Of a stretch of DNA of 24,732 nucleotides, positions 7,969 to 16,144 are shown piece after piece. Numbering within the stretch: position 1 is the stretch's first letter; each line of letters opens with the position of its first letter. Source of the stretch: a virus (taxonomy: Duplodnaviria; Caudoviricetes); the IMG/VR virus record IMGVR_UViG_3300017914_002447, positions 1 to 24,732 of that record. The stretch is one strand, 5' to 3'. The translations under genes were made by a program, and so were the position numbers. The notes beneath the pieces are model-generated. The model was not told the DNA's origin, did no database searches, and saw only the letters and a list, made by a program, of their open reading frames with translations.

Positions 7969-10207
7969 TAAACTAACCGCAGTATTTGACAAAGCAGCAA
8001 GTGATGCTAAAAAACTCAAACATGCTTATATTACACTTGAACACTTGTTGTTTGCAATGTTGTGCGAATCATCTTTCGAAAGCACAATTACAGATTATGG
8101 TGCAGATTATAATTTGATGAAAAGCACACTGGAAAACTACATCCGCACAAAAATGGATGACATTAAGATTGATCCAGAAACTGTAAAAGGCAAAAAATGG
8201 AAGCCTAAAAAAACACAAACTGTGGAACGTGTGCTTAACCGTGCATTTGCACAAGTGTTGTTTCAAGGCAGAAACACAATTGATATTGTAGATATCTTTA
8301 TCAGTATTCTTAGCGAAAAGAAAAGTTATGCAGCATTTACAGCAGTCAAAGGCGGTGTCAACAAAGAAGAATTTACAAACTATGTTAGCCTAGACACAGG
8401 ACGTATCGATGCAGATGAAGAAACTGCTGAATTAAGTGGTGCTGCTAACAAGGCATTAAAAGCGTTCACTGAAGATCTAAACAGCAGTGTTCAACAAGGC
8501 AAAATTGATCCAGTAATTGGACGTATGGAAGAAATTGAACAAGTTGCATTGGCGCTAGGTAGACGCAGCAAAAGCAATGTTATTCTTGTAGGCGATCCGG
8601 GTGTTGGTAAAACTGCTATTGCCGAAGGACTTGCTTATAGAATTGAAAACAAAGAAGTTCCAGAGTTTCTACAAGAATACAATGTTTACAGTTTAGACAT
8701 CGGTGCTATGCTTGCAGGATCAAAGTATCGTGGAGATTTTGAAGAACGTTTTAAATTGGTTTTGTCTGCACTACAGAAAAAAGGTAAGACAATCATGTTC
8801 ATCGATGAAGCACATATGATTTCAGGTGCTGGTGCTGGCGGCAAAGATCAGAGCAACGACCTGGCTAACATGCTAAAGCCTGCACTAAGCAAAGGTACAA
8901 TCAAAGTTGTTGCATCAACTACTTGGGAAGAATATCGCAAGCACTTCGAAAAAGATCGTGCTCTCATGCGTAGATTTCAGCGTGTCAGCGTTGACGAACC
9001 TGATCAAGATACAACTGTGCAAATCCTCAAAGGCATTCGCAAGTATTATGAAGATTTCCATGGCGCCAAAATCACAGATGATGCAATTCACGCAGCAGTA
9101 AAATTAAGTGTAAAATATCAAGCTGATAAAAAGTTGCCAGACAAAGCAATTGATTTGATTGACGTTGCATGTTCACGATTCAAGGTCAAGGACCAGAAAA
9201 AAGGTCGTGTTGTAAATGAAGAAAATATTCAGTTTGAACTTGCTAAAATGGTTAAAATTCCTGAAGAGCAAGTTGCTGAACGTGAAACTGAAAACTTGCA
9301 AAATCTTGAAAAGAATTTGAAAGGCAGTGTGTTTGGACAAGACGAAGCAATTGAAGCAATTGTTGATAAAATTCTTGTGGCGCAAGCAGGACTGAAGCCT
9401 GACAACAAACCAATCGGTTCGTTTGTGTTTATGGGTCCAACAGGCACAGGTAAAACTGAAACAGCCAAACAACTTGCACATCATTTGGGTGTACAATTAG
9501 TGCGTTTTGATATGAGTGAATATCAAGAGAAACATAGTGTTGCAAAGTTTATCGGTGCACCTCCAGGTTATGTTGGATTTGAAGATGATGCAGGTCAACT
9601 GATTGTAAAGTTGCAAGAAAATCCAAACTGTGTATTGCTACTAGATGAGATTGAAAAAGCACACCCTGATGTAAGTGCAGTGTTGTTGCAATTGATGGAC
9701 AACGGTATGATCACAGGCAGTAATGGCAAAGAAGCAGATGCACGTAACAGCATTTTGATTCTTACTACAAACTTGGGTGCTAAAGAAGCTGAAACAAATG
9801 CAATCGGCTTTGGCGATACTATGGAAAAAGAATACGAAGACACTAGTTTGAAAAAGTATTTTGCACCAGAGTTCCGTAACAGACTTGATGCTACAATTAC
9901 ATTTGCAAAACTAGGCAAAGAAGTAATGATGAAGATTGTAGGTAAGTTTCTTGCAGAATTGCGTGATCAAGTCAAAGACAAAAATGTACAAATTACAATT
10001 GAAGACGAAGCACTTGATTATCTTGTAGACAAAGGGTTTAATCCTAAAATGGGTGCTCGACCATTACAGCGTGTAATTGATGCTGAAATCAAGCGTCCAC
10101 TGAGTAGAGCTTTGTTGTTTGGTGATATGAAAAACGGTGGTAAAGTTCATATCAAATATACAGATAAGATTGAAATCGAAACCGAAGCAAATGAAGTCAC
10201 TACATAA
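7952..10207 (+). CDS. clpA: ClpA-like two-ring AAA+ unfoldase
   Basis: Clp N-domain (EHLLFAML); NBD1 [33 protein letters not shown]; NBD2 [33 protein letters not shown]. No ClpB M-domain; IGF ClpP-docking loop present (NAIGFG). Confidence 0.92.
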   Translation: MVEPSDKLTAVFDKAASDAKKLKHAYITLEHLLFAMLCESSFESTITDYGADYNLMKSTLENYIRTKMDDIKIDPETVKGKKWKPKKTQTVERVLNRAFAQVLFQGRNTIDIVDIFISILSEKKSYAAFTAVKGGVNKEEFTNYVSLDTGRIDADEETAELSGAANKALKAFTEDLNSSVQQGKIDPVIGRMEEIEQVALALGRRSKSNVILVGDPGVGKTAIAEGLAYRIENKEVPEFLQEYNVYSLDIGAMLAGSKYRGDFEERFKLVLSALQKKGKTIMFIDEAHMISGAGAGGKDQSNDLANMLKPALSKGTIKVVASTTWEEYRKHFEKDRALMRRFQRVSVDEPDQDTTVQILKGIRKYYEDFHGAKITDDAIHAAVKLSVKYQADKKLPDKAIDLIDVACSRFKVKDQKKGRVVNEENIQFELAKMVKIPEEQVAERETENLQNLEKNLKGSVFGQDEAIEAIVDKILVAQAGLKPDNKPIGSFVFMGPTGTGKTETAKQLAHHLGVQLVRFDMSEYQEKHSVAKFIGAPPGYVGFEDDAGQLIVKLQENPNCVLLLDEIEKAHPDVSAVLLQLMDNGMITGSNGKEADARNSILILTTNLGAKEAETNAIGFGDTMEKEYEDTSLKKYFAPEFRNRLDATITFAKLGKEVMMKIVGKFLAELRDQVKDKNVQITIEDEALDYLVDKGFNPKMGARPLQRVIDAEIKRPLSRALLFGDMKNGGKVHIKYTDKIEIETEANEVTT

Positions 10208-10871
10208 GTACGAGACTACTAAACTACATTATGGAAAATACTTGTACAAGTTGAACATATATTCAACACTGGCAAGTATTTTCCGCACTGAATTCCAAAG
10301 AGATGGCAAGTTAGGTTATGCTGCAAAACTTCTCAATGATTACAATGCACAAAATGCACAAGGTGCAAAAGTAATCAAGAAAGGCAGATTTAACGAAACA
10401 CACATTACCACAGAAACATTACAAGATGCAAATCATATTTGGAAAACATTAAGATATGCACAAGACTATACTGTTCGTTGCGAAATCAATCAATTATTTG
10501 TGTACAGTAACAATATAAAGTTTTTGGAGCGTTTGTATAAAGACTTGCATACCAAGGTAGAACTTTGGGAACCGAATCCCAAAAACATATCATTATTAAC
10601 AGAAAATAAAAATATTATTTTAGTCGACAAAGACCCTGAATTCAAATATAAAATTACATTTGGAAGAAAACGTAGTAAACCAGAACTTGCTAGTTGGCTG
10701 CAAAAGAACACTGATAAAAGTAGAGCTGGTAGTACGTTTATTAGCAATTGTAAAAACAGCAATTGGATACAAGGACAGTATATTTTTGTTAGAGACGAAA
10801 AAGTTATTTTCTTAATTAACATGATTGTAGGCGACAACATTACTAAGATAGAAGAATTAGTATATAGATAA
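10191..10871 (+). CDS. Hypothetical basic phage protein
   Basis: ATG 10191 overlaps the clpA end; ~226 aa; no motif recognised. Confidence 0.75.
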   Translation: MKSLHKYETTKLHYGKYLYKLNIYSTLASIFRTEFQRDGKLGYAAKLLNDYNAQNAQGAKVIKKGRFNETHITTETLQDANHIWKTLRYAQDYTVRCEINQLFVYSNNIKFLERLYKDLHTKVELWEPNPKNISLLTENKNIILVDKDPEFKYKITFGRKRSKPELASWLQKNTDKSRAGSTFISNCKNSNWIQGQYIFVRDEKVIFLINMIVGDNITKIEELVYR

Positions 10872-10874
10872 ATA
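10868..10874 (+). promoter_or_regulatory. T4-like late promoter (ATAAATA) heading the modular-protein array
   Basis: Overlaps the stop of the previous gene; followed by GGAG RBS and ATG 10901. Confidence 0.7.
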
Positions 10875-10900
10875 CAATATATTAAATCGCCGGAGATAGT

Positions 10901-11464
10901 ATGGAACATTATATTAGAGTAGTAATGGAAAAACAAGAAGGACCACAACTTCTTGACGAAAGTATTTTTCCAAATCAACAGATTCTCGAAAGTGAACAAG
11001 GTGCAACTGTATTTCACATTCCTCTCGAAAGAGAACTAGAAGAAAGCGAATGTGATGAATACGCACAAAAACTTGCAAACTATATGTTTGAAATGGGCTA
11101 TGATGATTTTGATATTGAAATCTCAGGCACTGGCGAAGATTTAGACGAAGAAACATACGATGACGATAATGATTTTTTTGAAGAATACGGTGTAATGTGG
11201 TTCAATGCAGATGACGAAATCGACGAAGCTGAATATCAAGGACGCAAAGTTCCACTTGGTAAACCTATGCAAGGCGATGTAAAAAAGTTTAAAGTATATG
11301 TCAAAAAGCCAAACGGTAATGTGGTAAAAGTAAACTTCGGTGATAAGAAAAGCAAAATCAAGAAAAACAATCCTGCAAGACGCAGAAGTTTCCGTGCAAG
11401 ACACAATTGCGACAATCCAGGACCTAGACACAAGGCACGTTATTGGAGTTGCAGAAAATGGTAA
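10901..11464 (+). CDS. Bipartite protein: very acidic N-half and very basic C-terminal module; putative internal head protein
   Basis: Acidic region with LDE/IDE sites, then IDE-AEYQGRKV...RRRSFRARHNC...ARYWSCRKW. Confidence 0.8.
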   Translation: MEHYIRVVMEKQEGPQLLDESIFPNQQILESEQGATVFHIPLERELEESECDEYAQKLANYMFEMGYDDFDIEISGTGEDLDEETYDDDNDFFEEYGVMWFNADDEIDEAEYQGRKVPLGKPMQGDVKKFKVYVKKPNGNVVKVNFGDKKSKIKKNNPARRRSFRARHNCDNPGPRHKARYWSCRKW

Positions 11465-11811
11465 TGATAAACGAAATCTTTGATAAGAAAGCAGTAGCCG
11501 ATATGAAAATTGGCGATAAACTTCCATATGATGTTGTTGAAGATTTAAAAATTTACATGACACAGGATAACGATTTTTACCGCCAGCACCTATTTCCACG
11601 TATGGCAGAAGTACAGGCAGCCATCAAAGACGGTGGCAAGTATAATAAAAAGATGTTGTTACCTGTGATTGAAAAAGCTATACCTGAGTATTTGAAAAAA
11701 TTTGAAATTAAGAAACGTCCAGAAGATTTTATGGATGATGGACAAAAAATGGAGTGTATTAGTAGTATCTTAAAAGACGAAATGGATAACTTTCGTAAAG
11801 GCGAATACTAA
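11464..11811 (+). CDS. Hypothetical protein, putative virion-internal
   Basis: TAATG-coupled start at 11464 (MINEIFD...). Confidence 0.75.
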   Translation: MINEIFDKKAVADMKIGDKLPYDVVEDLKIYMTQDNDFYRQHLFPRMAEVQAAIKDGGKYNKKMLLPVIEKAIPEYLKKFEIKKRPEDFMDDGQKMECISSILKDEMDNFRKGEY

Positions 11812-12896
11812 TGCGTTATAACGAATTCAAGATACTTACAGAAGCCAAGGTTGGTAGAGAATATCAACACTTGGAAGATCTTGTATTCGTTGATGGGAGT
11901 AGTGGTGCAATCCGTGCAACAGATATCCTTGATAAGATGGGCAGTGACAACAGCGACATTGCAATCAAATGGGACGGCTATCCTACAATGTATTGGGGAC
12001 GTGAACCAGATGGCAGGTTTGTTCTAGTAGGAAAAAATGGCTGGGGCAGAAACAAAAGTTATAGTGCAGATGAATTAAAAACTTTCATCACCAGCACCGG
12101 CAAAGGCGAAGATTGGCGTGAAAGATTTGGAAATGACATGGCCCAAATTTTTGATGTAATGGAAGCTAGTACTCCACCAAACTTTAGAGGTTATGTATAT
12201 GGTGATTTGTTGTACTATCCAGGCAAACCTTTTAAAGTACAAGATGCCAATATAGTGTTTACACCAAACTTGGTTACCTATACAGTTGATGGTAACAGTG
12301 CACTGGGCAAACGTATGGCAAATACCACAGTGGGTGTTGTGGTGCATACAAAATATGGCAACTTTGGAGACAAAGCAGGTCAGCCTATTTCAGACGTAGC
12401 AGATCTCAACAAAGGACAAGCACTTGTAATGGGTCAAACATACGTGACTCATCAACCTAGTGTAGACACATCACAAACCAGCAACATTAGAGCTTATGCA
12501 AGAAAAAATGCAAAAGCAATTGATAGTTTCTTAGAGCCACGTCCTGGACTAAGTGACATGAAAAACATCATCTACACATATGTAAATCAAACAAGCAAAG
12601 CAGGTAACCTAGCAGGTATTGAAAAGGGCTTTTTCAACTGGTTAAAAGGTTCCAAAGTAAGTGCAAACAAACAGGCAAAGATTGCGCAAATGAATGAAGA
12701 AAATCCAACAGCATTGCCAGCAATTTTCAGTCTTGTAAAACAAATTATGACAACAAAAGATAATATCATTTCACAATTAGATGATGCACCTGCAGATGTA
12801 AAACAGAGTACAAGCGGCGAAAAGGGCGGCGAGGGATATGTTGCTCTTGGTAGTAAAACAAAGCTGGTGCCAAGGCAGAGGTGGACACCACAATGA
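11811..12896 (+). CDS. Ligase-like covalent nucleotidyltransferase (KxDG) with capsid-targeting-like leader
   Basis: Leader MRYNEFKILTE; HLED; motif I KWDG; motif III-like VYGDLLY; motif IV EGYVA; motif V-like KTKLV. Confidence 0.65.
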   Translation: MRYNEFKILTEAKVGREYQHLEDLVFVDGSSGAIRATDILDKMGSDNSDIAIKWDGYPTMYWGREPDGRFVLVGKNGWGRNKSYSADELKTFITSTGKGEDWRERFGNDMAQIFDVMEASTPPNFRGYVYGDLLYYPGKPFKVQDANIVFTPNLVTYTVDGNSALGKRMANTTVGVVVHTKYGNFGDKAGQPISDVADLNKGQALVMGQTYVTHQPSVDTSQTSNIRAYARKNAKAIDSFLEPRPGLSDMKNIIYTYVNQTSKAGNLAGIEKGFFNWLKGSKVSANKQAKIAQMNEENPTALPAIFSLVKQIMTTKDNIISQLDDAPADVKQSTSGEKGGEGYVALGSKTKLVPRQRWTPQ

Positions 12897-14020
12897 AACT
12901 GAGACAGTTATTTGAAAACAAAGGTACAGCAGTAGTAGCATTTGGACGTATGAATCCTCCTACTATTGGACACAAAAAACTTGCAGATAAGGTAGCAAGC
13001 CTACCAGGCGATCCATATATCTTTGTAAGTCAAAGTCAAAAGCCAAAAACTGATCCATTACCGTTTCCAGAAAAATTGAAGTTTGCACAAGCAAGTTTTC
13101 CTAATGTAACAGTGGGTAGCAATGATGTAAAAACAATTATACAAGCATTGCAAAAAGTAAATGCAATGGGTTACACAGATTTAATATATGTTGCTGGCAG
13201 CGACAGAATTGCAGACTTTACAAATCTTATCAATAAGTACAACGGTAAAGAATATAACTTCGACAACATTGAAGTTGTTAGCGCAGGCGAGCGTGATCCT
13301 GATGCAGAAGGTGCAGAAGGCATGAGTGCCAGTAAAATGAGAGCAGCGGCAGCAGCAGGTGACTTTGAAAGTTTTCAACAAGGTGTTGCTAACCCCAAAA
13401 TTGCACAACAGATGTATGATGCTGTGCGCAAGGGTATGGGTGTTGTAGAAGGTGCAATGAAGCGTATGGCACAAAGCAGCAGTAACAAAGCAGATCGTAT
13501 TGCAAGCACAAACAAGTTAAAGCCTGGTCTAGACACTTACAAGAAAAAACCCGAATCTAAAAAAAAAGTTGACGAAGGATTCAAACTACAATTAGAACGA
13601 GATGCCGACATGGATGTTCTACATATTGTAGATACAACTACAGGAAACCGTACCGAAGTGCGTGGCAAAAAAGGCTATGAAAGTGGCAACTATGATCCAA
13701 ATGATAAACTGCATCAACTGCTAGATCGTGTAGGTAAGAGTGCAAACATCAGCGAATTAATCAACGGCGAAGTTGTTGCTATTAATCCAAAGCATCCAGA
13801 TGGTGCAAATGCAAAAGCAGCAGCAGACAAAGCATACAACGAAAACTTTGCAGATGGTAAGAAAAAAGGCAAAAGCAGACCAGGGCGTGTAAAGCGAGCT
13901 GGCGCAAGTTGTAATGGATCAGTAACAAGTTTAAGAAAAAGAGCAAAGAACAGCTCTGGTGAGAAAGCGAGGATGTATCATTGGTGCGCAAACATGAAGT
14001 CGGGACGCAAGAAGAAATAA
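12893..14020 (+). CDS. HIGH-superfamily nucleotidyltransferase (cytidyltransferase/NMNAT-like) fused to C-terminal basic modules
   Basis: Leader MKLRQLFE; FGRMNPPTIGH, AGSDR and GMSASKMR motifs; further modules after VVE, VDE and YNE sites. Confidence 0.8.
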   Translation: MKLRQLFENKGTAVVAFGRMNPPTIGHKKLADKVASLPGDPYIFVSQSQKPKTDPLPFPEKLKFAQASFPNVTVGSNDVKTIIQALQKVNAMGYTDLIYVAGSDRIADFTNLINKYNGKEYNFDNIEVVSAGERDPDAEGAEGMSASKMRAAAAAGDFESFQQGVANPKIAQQMYDAVRKGMGVVEGAMKRMAQSSSNKADRIASTNKLKPGLDTYKKKPESKKKVDEGFKLQLERDADMDVLHIVDTTTGNRTEVRGKKGYESGNYDPNDKLHQLLDRVGKSANISELINGEVVAINPKHPDGANAKAAADKAYNENFADGKKKGKSRPGRVKRAGASCNGSVTSLRKRAKNSSGEKARMYHWCANMKSGRKKK

Positions 14021-14034
14021 TCAGCGAGTACCCT

Positions 14035-14163
14035 ATGGGGTACAGCATTACTTGGTATGTGCACAAGCACAAAGAGTTTGAATCTCAAAGACTCAGCACA
14101 AATGAACGAAATAGATATTGGCATGAATATAGAAGATCTAAAGAAACTGGCAGGGATAGGTGA
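14035..14163 (+). CDS. Small basic hypothetical protein (42 aa)
   Basis: MGYSITWYVHKHKEFESQRLSTNERNRYWHEYRR fills the gap between two array genes; its ATG lies in a hairpin loop and there is no clear RBS. Confidence 0.45.
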   Translation: MGYSITWYVHKHKEFESQRLSTNERNRYWHEYRRSKETGRDR

Positions 14164-14329
14164 ATTCCAAGGGTACCAAGCATATACGCCTGAAGATATG
14201 AGTGCCGCAGCCAGTGAGAAAAAACGCATTGAAAGAGAAAAAGGAATAAAACCAGGCGATGAAGAATGGTTTAAACTTTGGTTTAGTTTGCCTCACATGA
14301 CTGGTGCAAAATTCCGCGGTAGAAAATGA
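14123..14329 (+). CDS. Small hypothetical protein, putative virion-internal
   Basis: MNIEDLKKLAGI...IKPGDEEWFKLWF; ATG 14123 preferred over 14057, but the start is uncertain. Confidence 0.7.
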   Translation: MNIEDLKKLAGIGEFQGYQAYTPEDMSAAASEKKRIEREKGIKPGDEEWFKLWFSLPHMTGAKFRGRK

Positions 14330-14877
14330 GCATTGCAAGACATTGTGTTATACACAATTTATTTACAATAAAAAATCAACCAAAAATAAATAAACCTGAT
14401 TGTTTACTTGAACTTGATGTTGATTATAATCTTGATGCAACTGGTGAATTACTAAAAGAACTTGACGGCTATGACGTAGGTTCTAATGGATTGTTTACAA
14501 TTATTTGTAATAAAGATGTTTTTGCTAATTCTGTTTGCTACAGAGTGCATACAAATATTTGGAATCATAAACCCTTTTTGATTTATGGTAAAGCAGGAAT
14601 ATACAAAAGTTTTGTAAGACAAGGATATAAAACATTTGATTTAATTGATTATGGATTTGATGAAATTGAGGCTCCGCATAAAAGATTACAAGCATTTATG
14701 CTAGAAGTAGACAAACTATCAAGATATAGAAATTATAAAGAATTCCAAAAATATTTTATTGATACAGTCATTTATAATTTTAAACATATGATGTATAGAG
14801 TCAACAATGAACCAGTAGATTCTGATATGCCTGTACCTAAACTAAATACTCTACAAAAGTTTAGAAAGTTGCTATGA
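14326..14877 (+). CDS. Short or degenerate glycosyltransferase-like protein, paralog of 19929..20990
   Basis: KPFLIYG...QGYKTFDLIDYGFDEI....RL aligns by eye with QPFIIVG...QGYKQYPCFDYSFDTL....RI; visibly AT-richer than its neighbours. Confidence 0.55.
   Translation: MSIARHCVIHNLFTIKNQPKINKPDCLLELDVDYNLDATGELLKELDGYDVGSNGLFTIICNKDVFANSVCYRVHTNIWNHKPFLIYGKAGIYKSFVRQGYKTFDLIDYGFDEIEAPHKRLQAFMLEVDKLSRYRNYKEFQKYFIDTVIYNFKHMMYRVNNEPVDSDMPVPKLNTLQKFRKLL
14842..14848 (+). promoter_or_regulatory. T4-like late promoter (CTAAATA)
   Basis: Lies 25 nt before ATG 14874, inside the 3' end of the upstream gene. Confidence 0.55.
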
Positions 14878-15134
14878 GAATATTAGATCTATCAGAAGAT
14901 GCAAGAATTGTAAAGGGCGTAAATACCACAGTAGATGTTGGTGTAAATCAAATACCTATTGAAGCAAATAAACTAGGACACAACGTCACTAAAGACGGAT
15001 TGCCCCCATTTTTACGCACTGACGGAAAACTAAACGAAAAAAGATATACAGCATACGAACTTGCGCTTATGGAAGGCGGGCACGACCTAGACGATATTTC
15101 TATACGCAAGTTATTTGATTTCGATAAATACTAG
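14874..15134 (+). CDS. Small two-module putative internal head protein
   Basis: MRILDLSE leader; second module after LNE (KRYTAYELALMEGGH). Confidence 0.75.
   Translation: MRILDLSEDARIVKGVNTTVDVGVNQIPIEANKLGHNVTKDGLPPFLRTDGKLNEKRYTAYELALMEGGHDLDDISIRKLFDFDKY
15124..15130 (+). promoter_or_regulatory. T4-like late promoter (ATAAATA), probably giving a leaderless mRNA
   Basis: Only 5 nt (CTAGT) separate it from ATG 15136. Confidence 0.65.
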
Positions 15135-15135
15135 T

Positions 15136-15324
15136 ATGCTTTTGAGAGAATTTACAAGACCTGAATTTATTGTGTGGGAAGCCCATATCCGTGTACGTAA
15201 TCGCACTTACAGTCAGGCTATCAAAATCAAAATTACTGCCCGTACAAAACAAGAAGCACATAGACTTATCAAAGCACAATATGGCCCAGATGTACAATTG
15301 ATTTACGTTAGGAGATCAATGTGA
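15136..15324 (+). CDS. Small basic hypothetical protein
   Basis: MLLREF leader; 62 aa; GTGA overlap with the next gene. Confidence 0.75.
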   Translation: MLLREFTRPEFIVWEAHIRVRNRTYSQAIKIKITARTKQEAHRLIKAQYGPDVQLIYVRRSM

Positions 15325-15929
15325 AAGTAAATGAAATATTTGGTTTTGTTCCAAAGCATACAAAACGCACAACAATAAAGAAAAAACCTGAAAAGTTTGA
15401 ACCTAGTGTGAGAGATAAAATTGCTGCACGTAGAAAAGCAGCAGCCCAAGGTGATAAAGATGCGTGGAAAAACAAAAAGAAATTAGACGATTCGCAAATT
15501 GACGAAGTTGGTCCTGCTATTGGTGTTGCTGCAAAATGGCTTATCAAATGGGCTATTAGAAAAGGTGCTTGGTCAGTGCTTAAATGGATTGTCAAAAAGT
15601 ATTGGAAACAAATTGCAGTAGGCACAATTGCATATCAAGCAATGCAAGAAGGTTGGGATTGGGTAAAGAGTCAAATTGGCGAAGAAATGACACAAATGCT
15701 CATCGATAATAAGTTTGAAATTGGTATGGCAGTTGCACTTATTATCGGCGGTGTTGCACTAAAGCGTTTCTTTGAAAAGAAAGGCGATGCACTGGCAGCA
15801 AAATATGCGGAAAGCATGAGCGAAGAATACAAACATGCAGATCAAGCAAAAGGCAAAGATAAAATGCCCAAAGCAAAACCCGGTCGTACAAACCATCCAT
15901 TGCATGGAAAATTAGTAGGTGGAACATGA
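15321..15929 (+). CDS. Modular protein with amphipathic Trp/Lys-rich and transmembrane segments
   Basis: GTG start with AGGAG RBS; MKVNEIF leader; IDE-VGPAIGVAAKWLIKWAIRKGAWSVLKW; TM IGMAVALIIGGVAL; basic C-terminal module after MSE. Confidence 0.8.
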   Translation: MKVNEIFGFVPKHTKRTTIKKKPEKFEPSVRDKIAARRKAAAQGDKDAWKNKKKLDDSQIDEVGPAIGVAAKWLIKWAIRKGAWSVLKWIVKKYWKQIAVGTIAYQAMQEGWDWVKSQIGEEMTQMLIDNKFEIGMAVALIIGGVALKRFFEKKGDALAAKYAESMSEEYKHADQAKGKDKMPKAKPGRTNHPLHGKLVGGT

Positions 15930-16117
15930 AAATCAAAGACGTATTAAAAGAAACAGATGCAAGTAGTGTAGCAGCAGTTAGTGCTCCTATTGGAGGTGTA
16001 ATCAAACGAGGCAAATATGGCGCACCACAAGCACCGCAGAAAAAAGACAAAAACGGCACAGTGGTAAATGCACTAGACCAAAACACAAACTTACTGGGTC
16101 ATAAGAAAAAACGATAA
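15926..16117 (+). CDS. Small putative internal head protein
   Basis: MKIKDVLKE leader, ATGA overlap, basic C-terminus. Confidence 0.75.
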   Translation: MKIKDVLKETDASSVAAVSAPIGGVIKRGKYGAPQAPQKKDKNGTVVNALDQNTNLLGHKKKR

Positions 16118-16120
16118 ATA
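16114..16120 (+). promoter_or_regulatory. T4-like late promoter (ATAAATA)
   Basis: Overlaps a stop codon; followed by GGAG RBS and ATG 16145. Confidence 0.7.
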
Positions 16121-16144
16121 ATAGCAAGAACTCCGGAGATAGAA

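Noticed and set aside
7952-10207. Interpretation as ClpB or as bacterial contamination
   Set aside because: There is no M-domain and the IGF loop is present, indicating ClpA. The gene overlaps phage-type neighbours and shares their codon style.
10490-11017. 175-aa minus-strand ORF and the many other antisense or alternate-frame ORFs in the track
   Set aside because: They shadow well-supported plus-strand genes, have Phe/Leu/Ser/Cys-rich antisense composition, and show no RBS or motifs.
14385-14391. Additional ATAAATA match
   Set aside because: It lies inside the 5' part of an AT-rich gene with no nearby downstream start, so it is probably chance.
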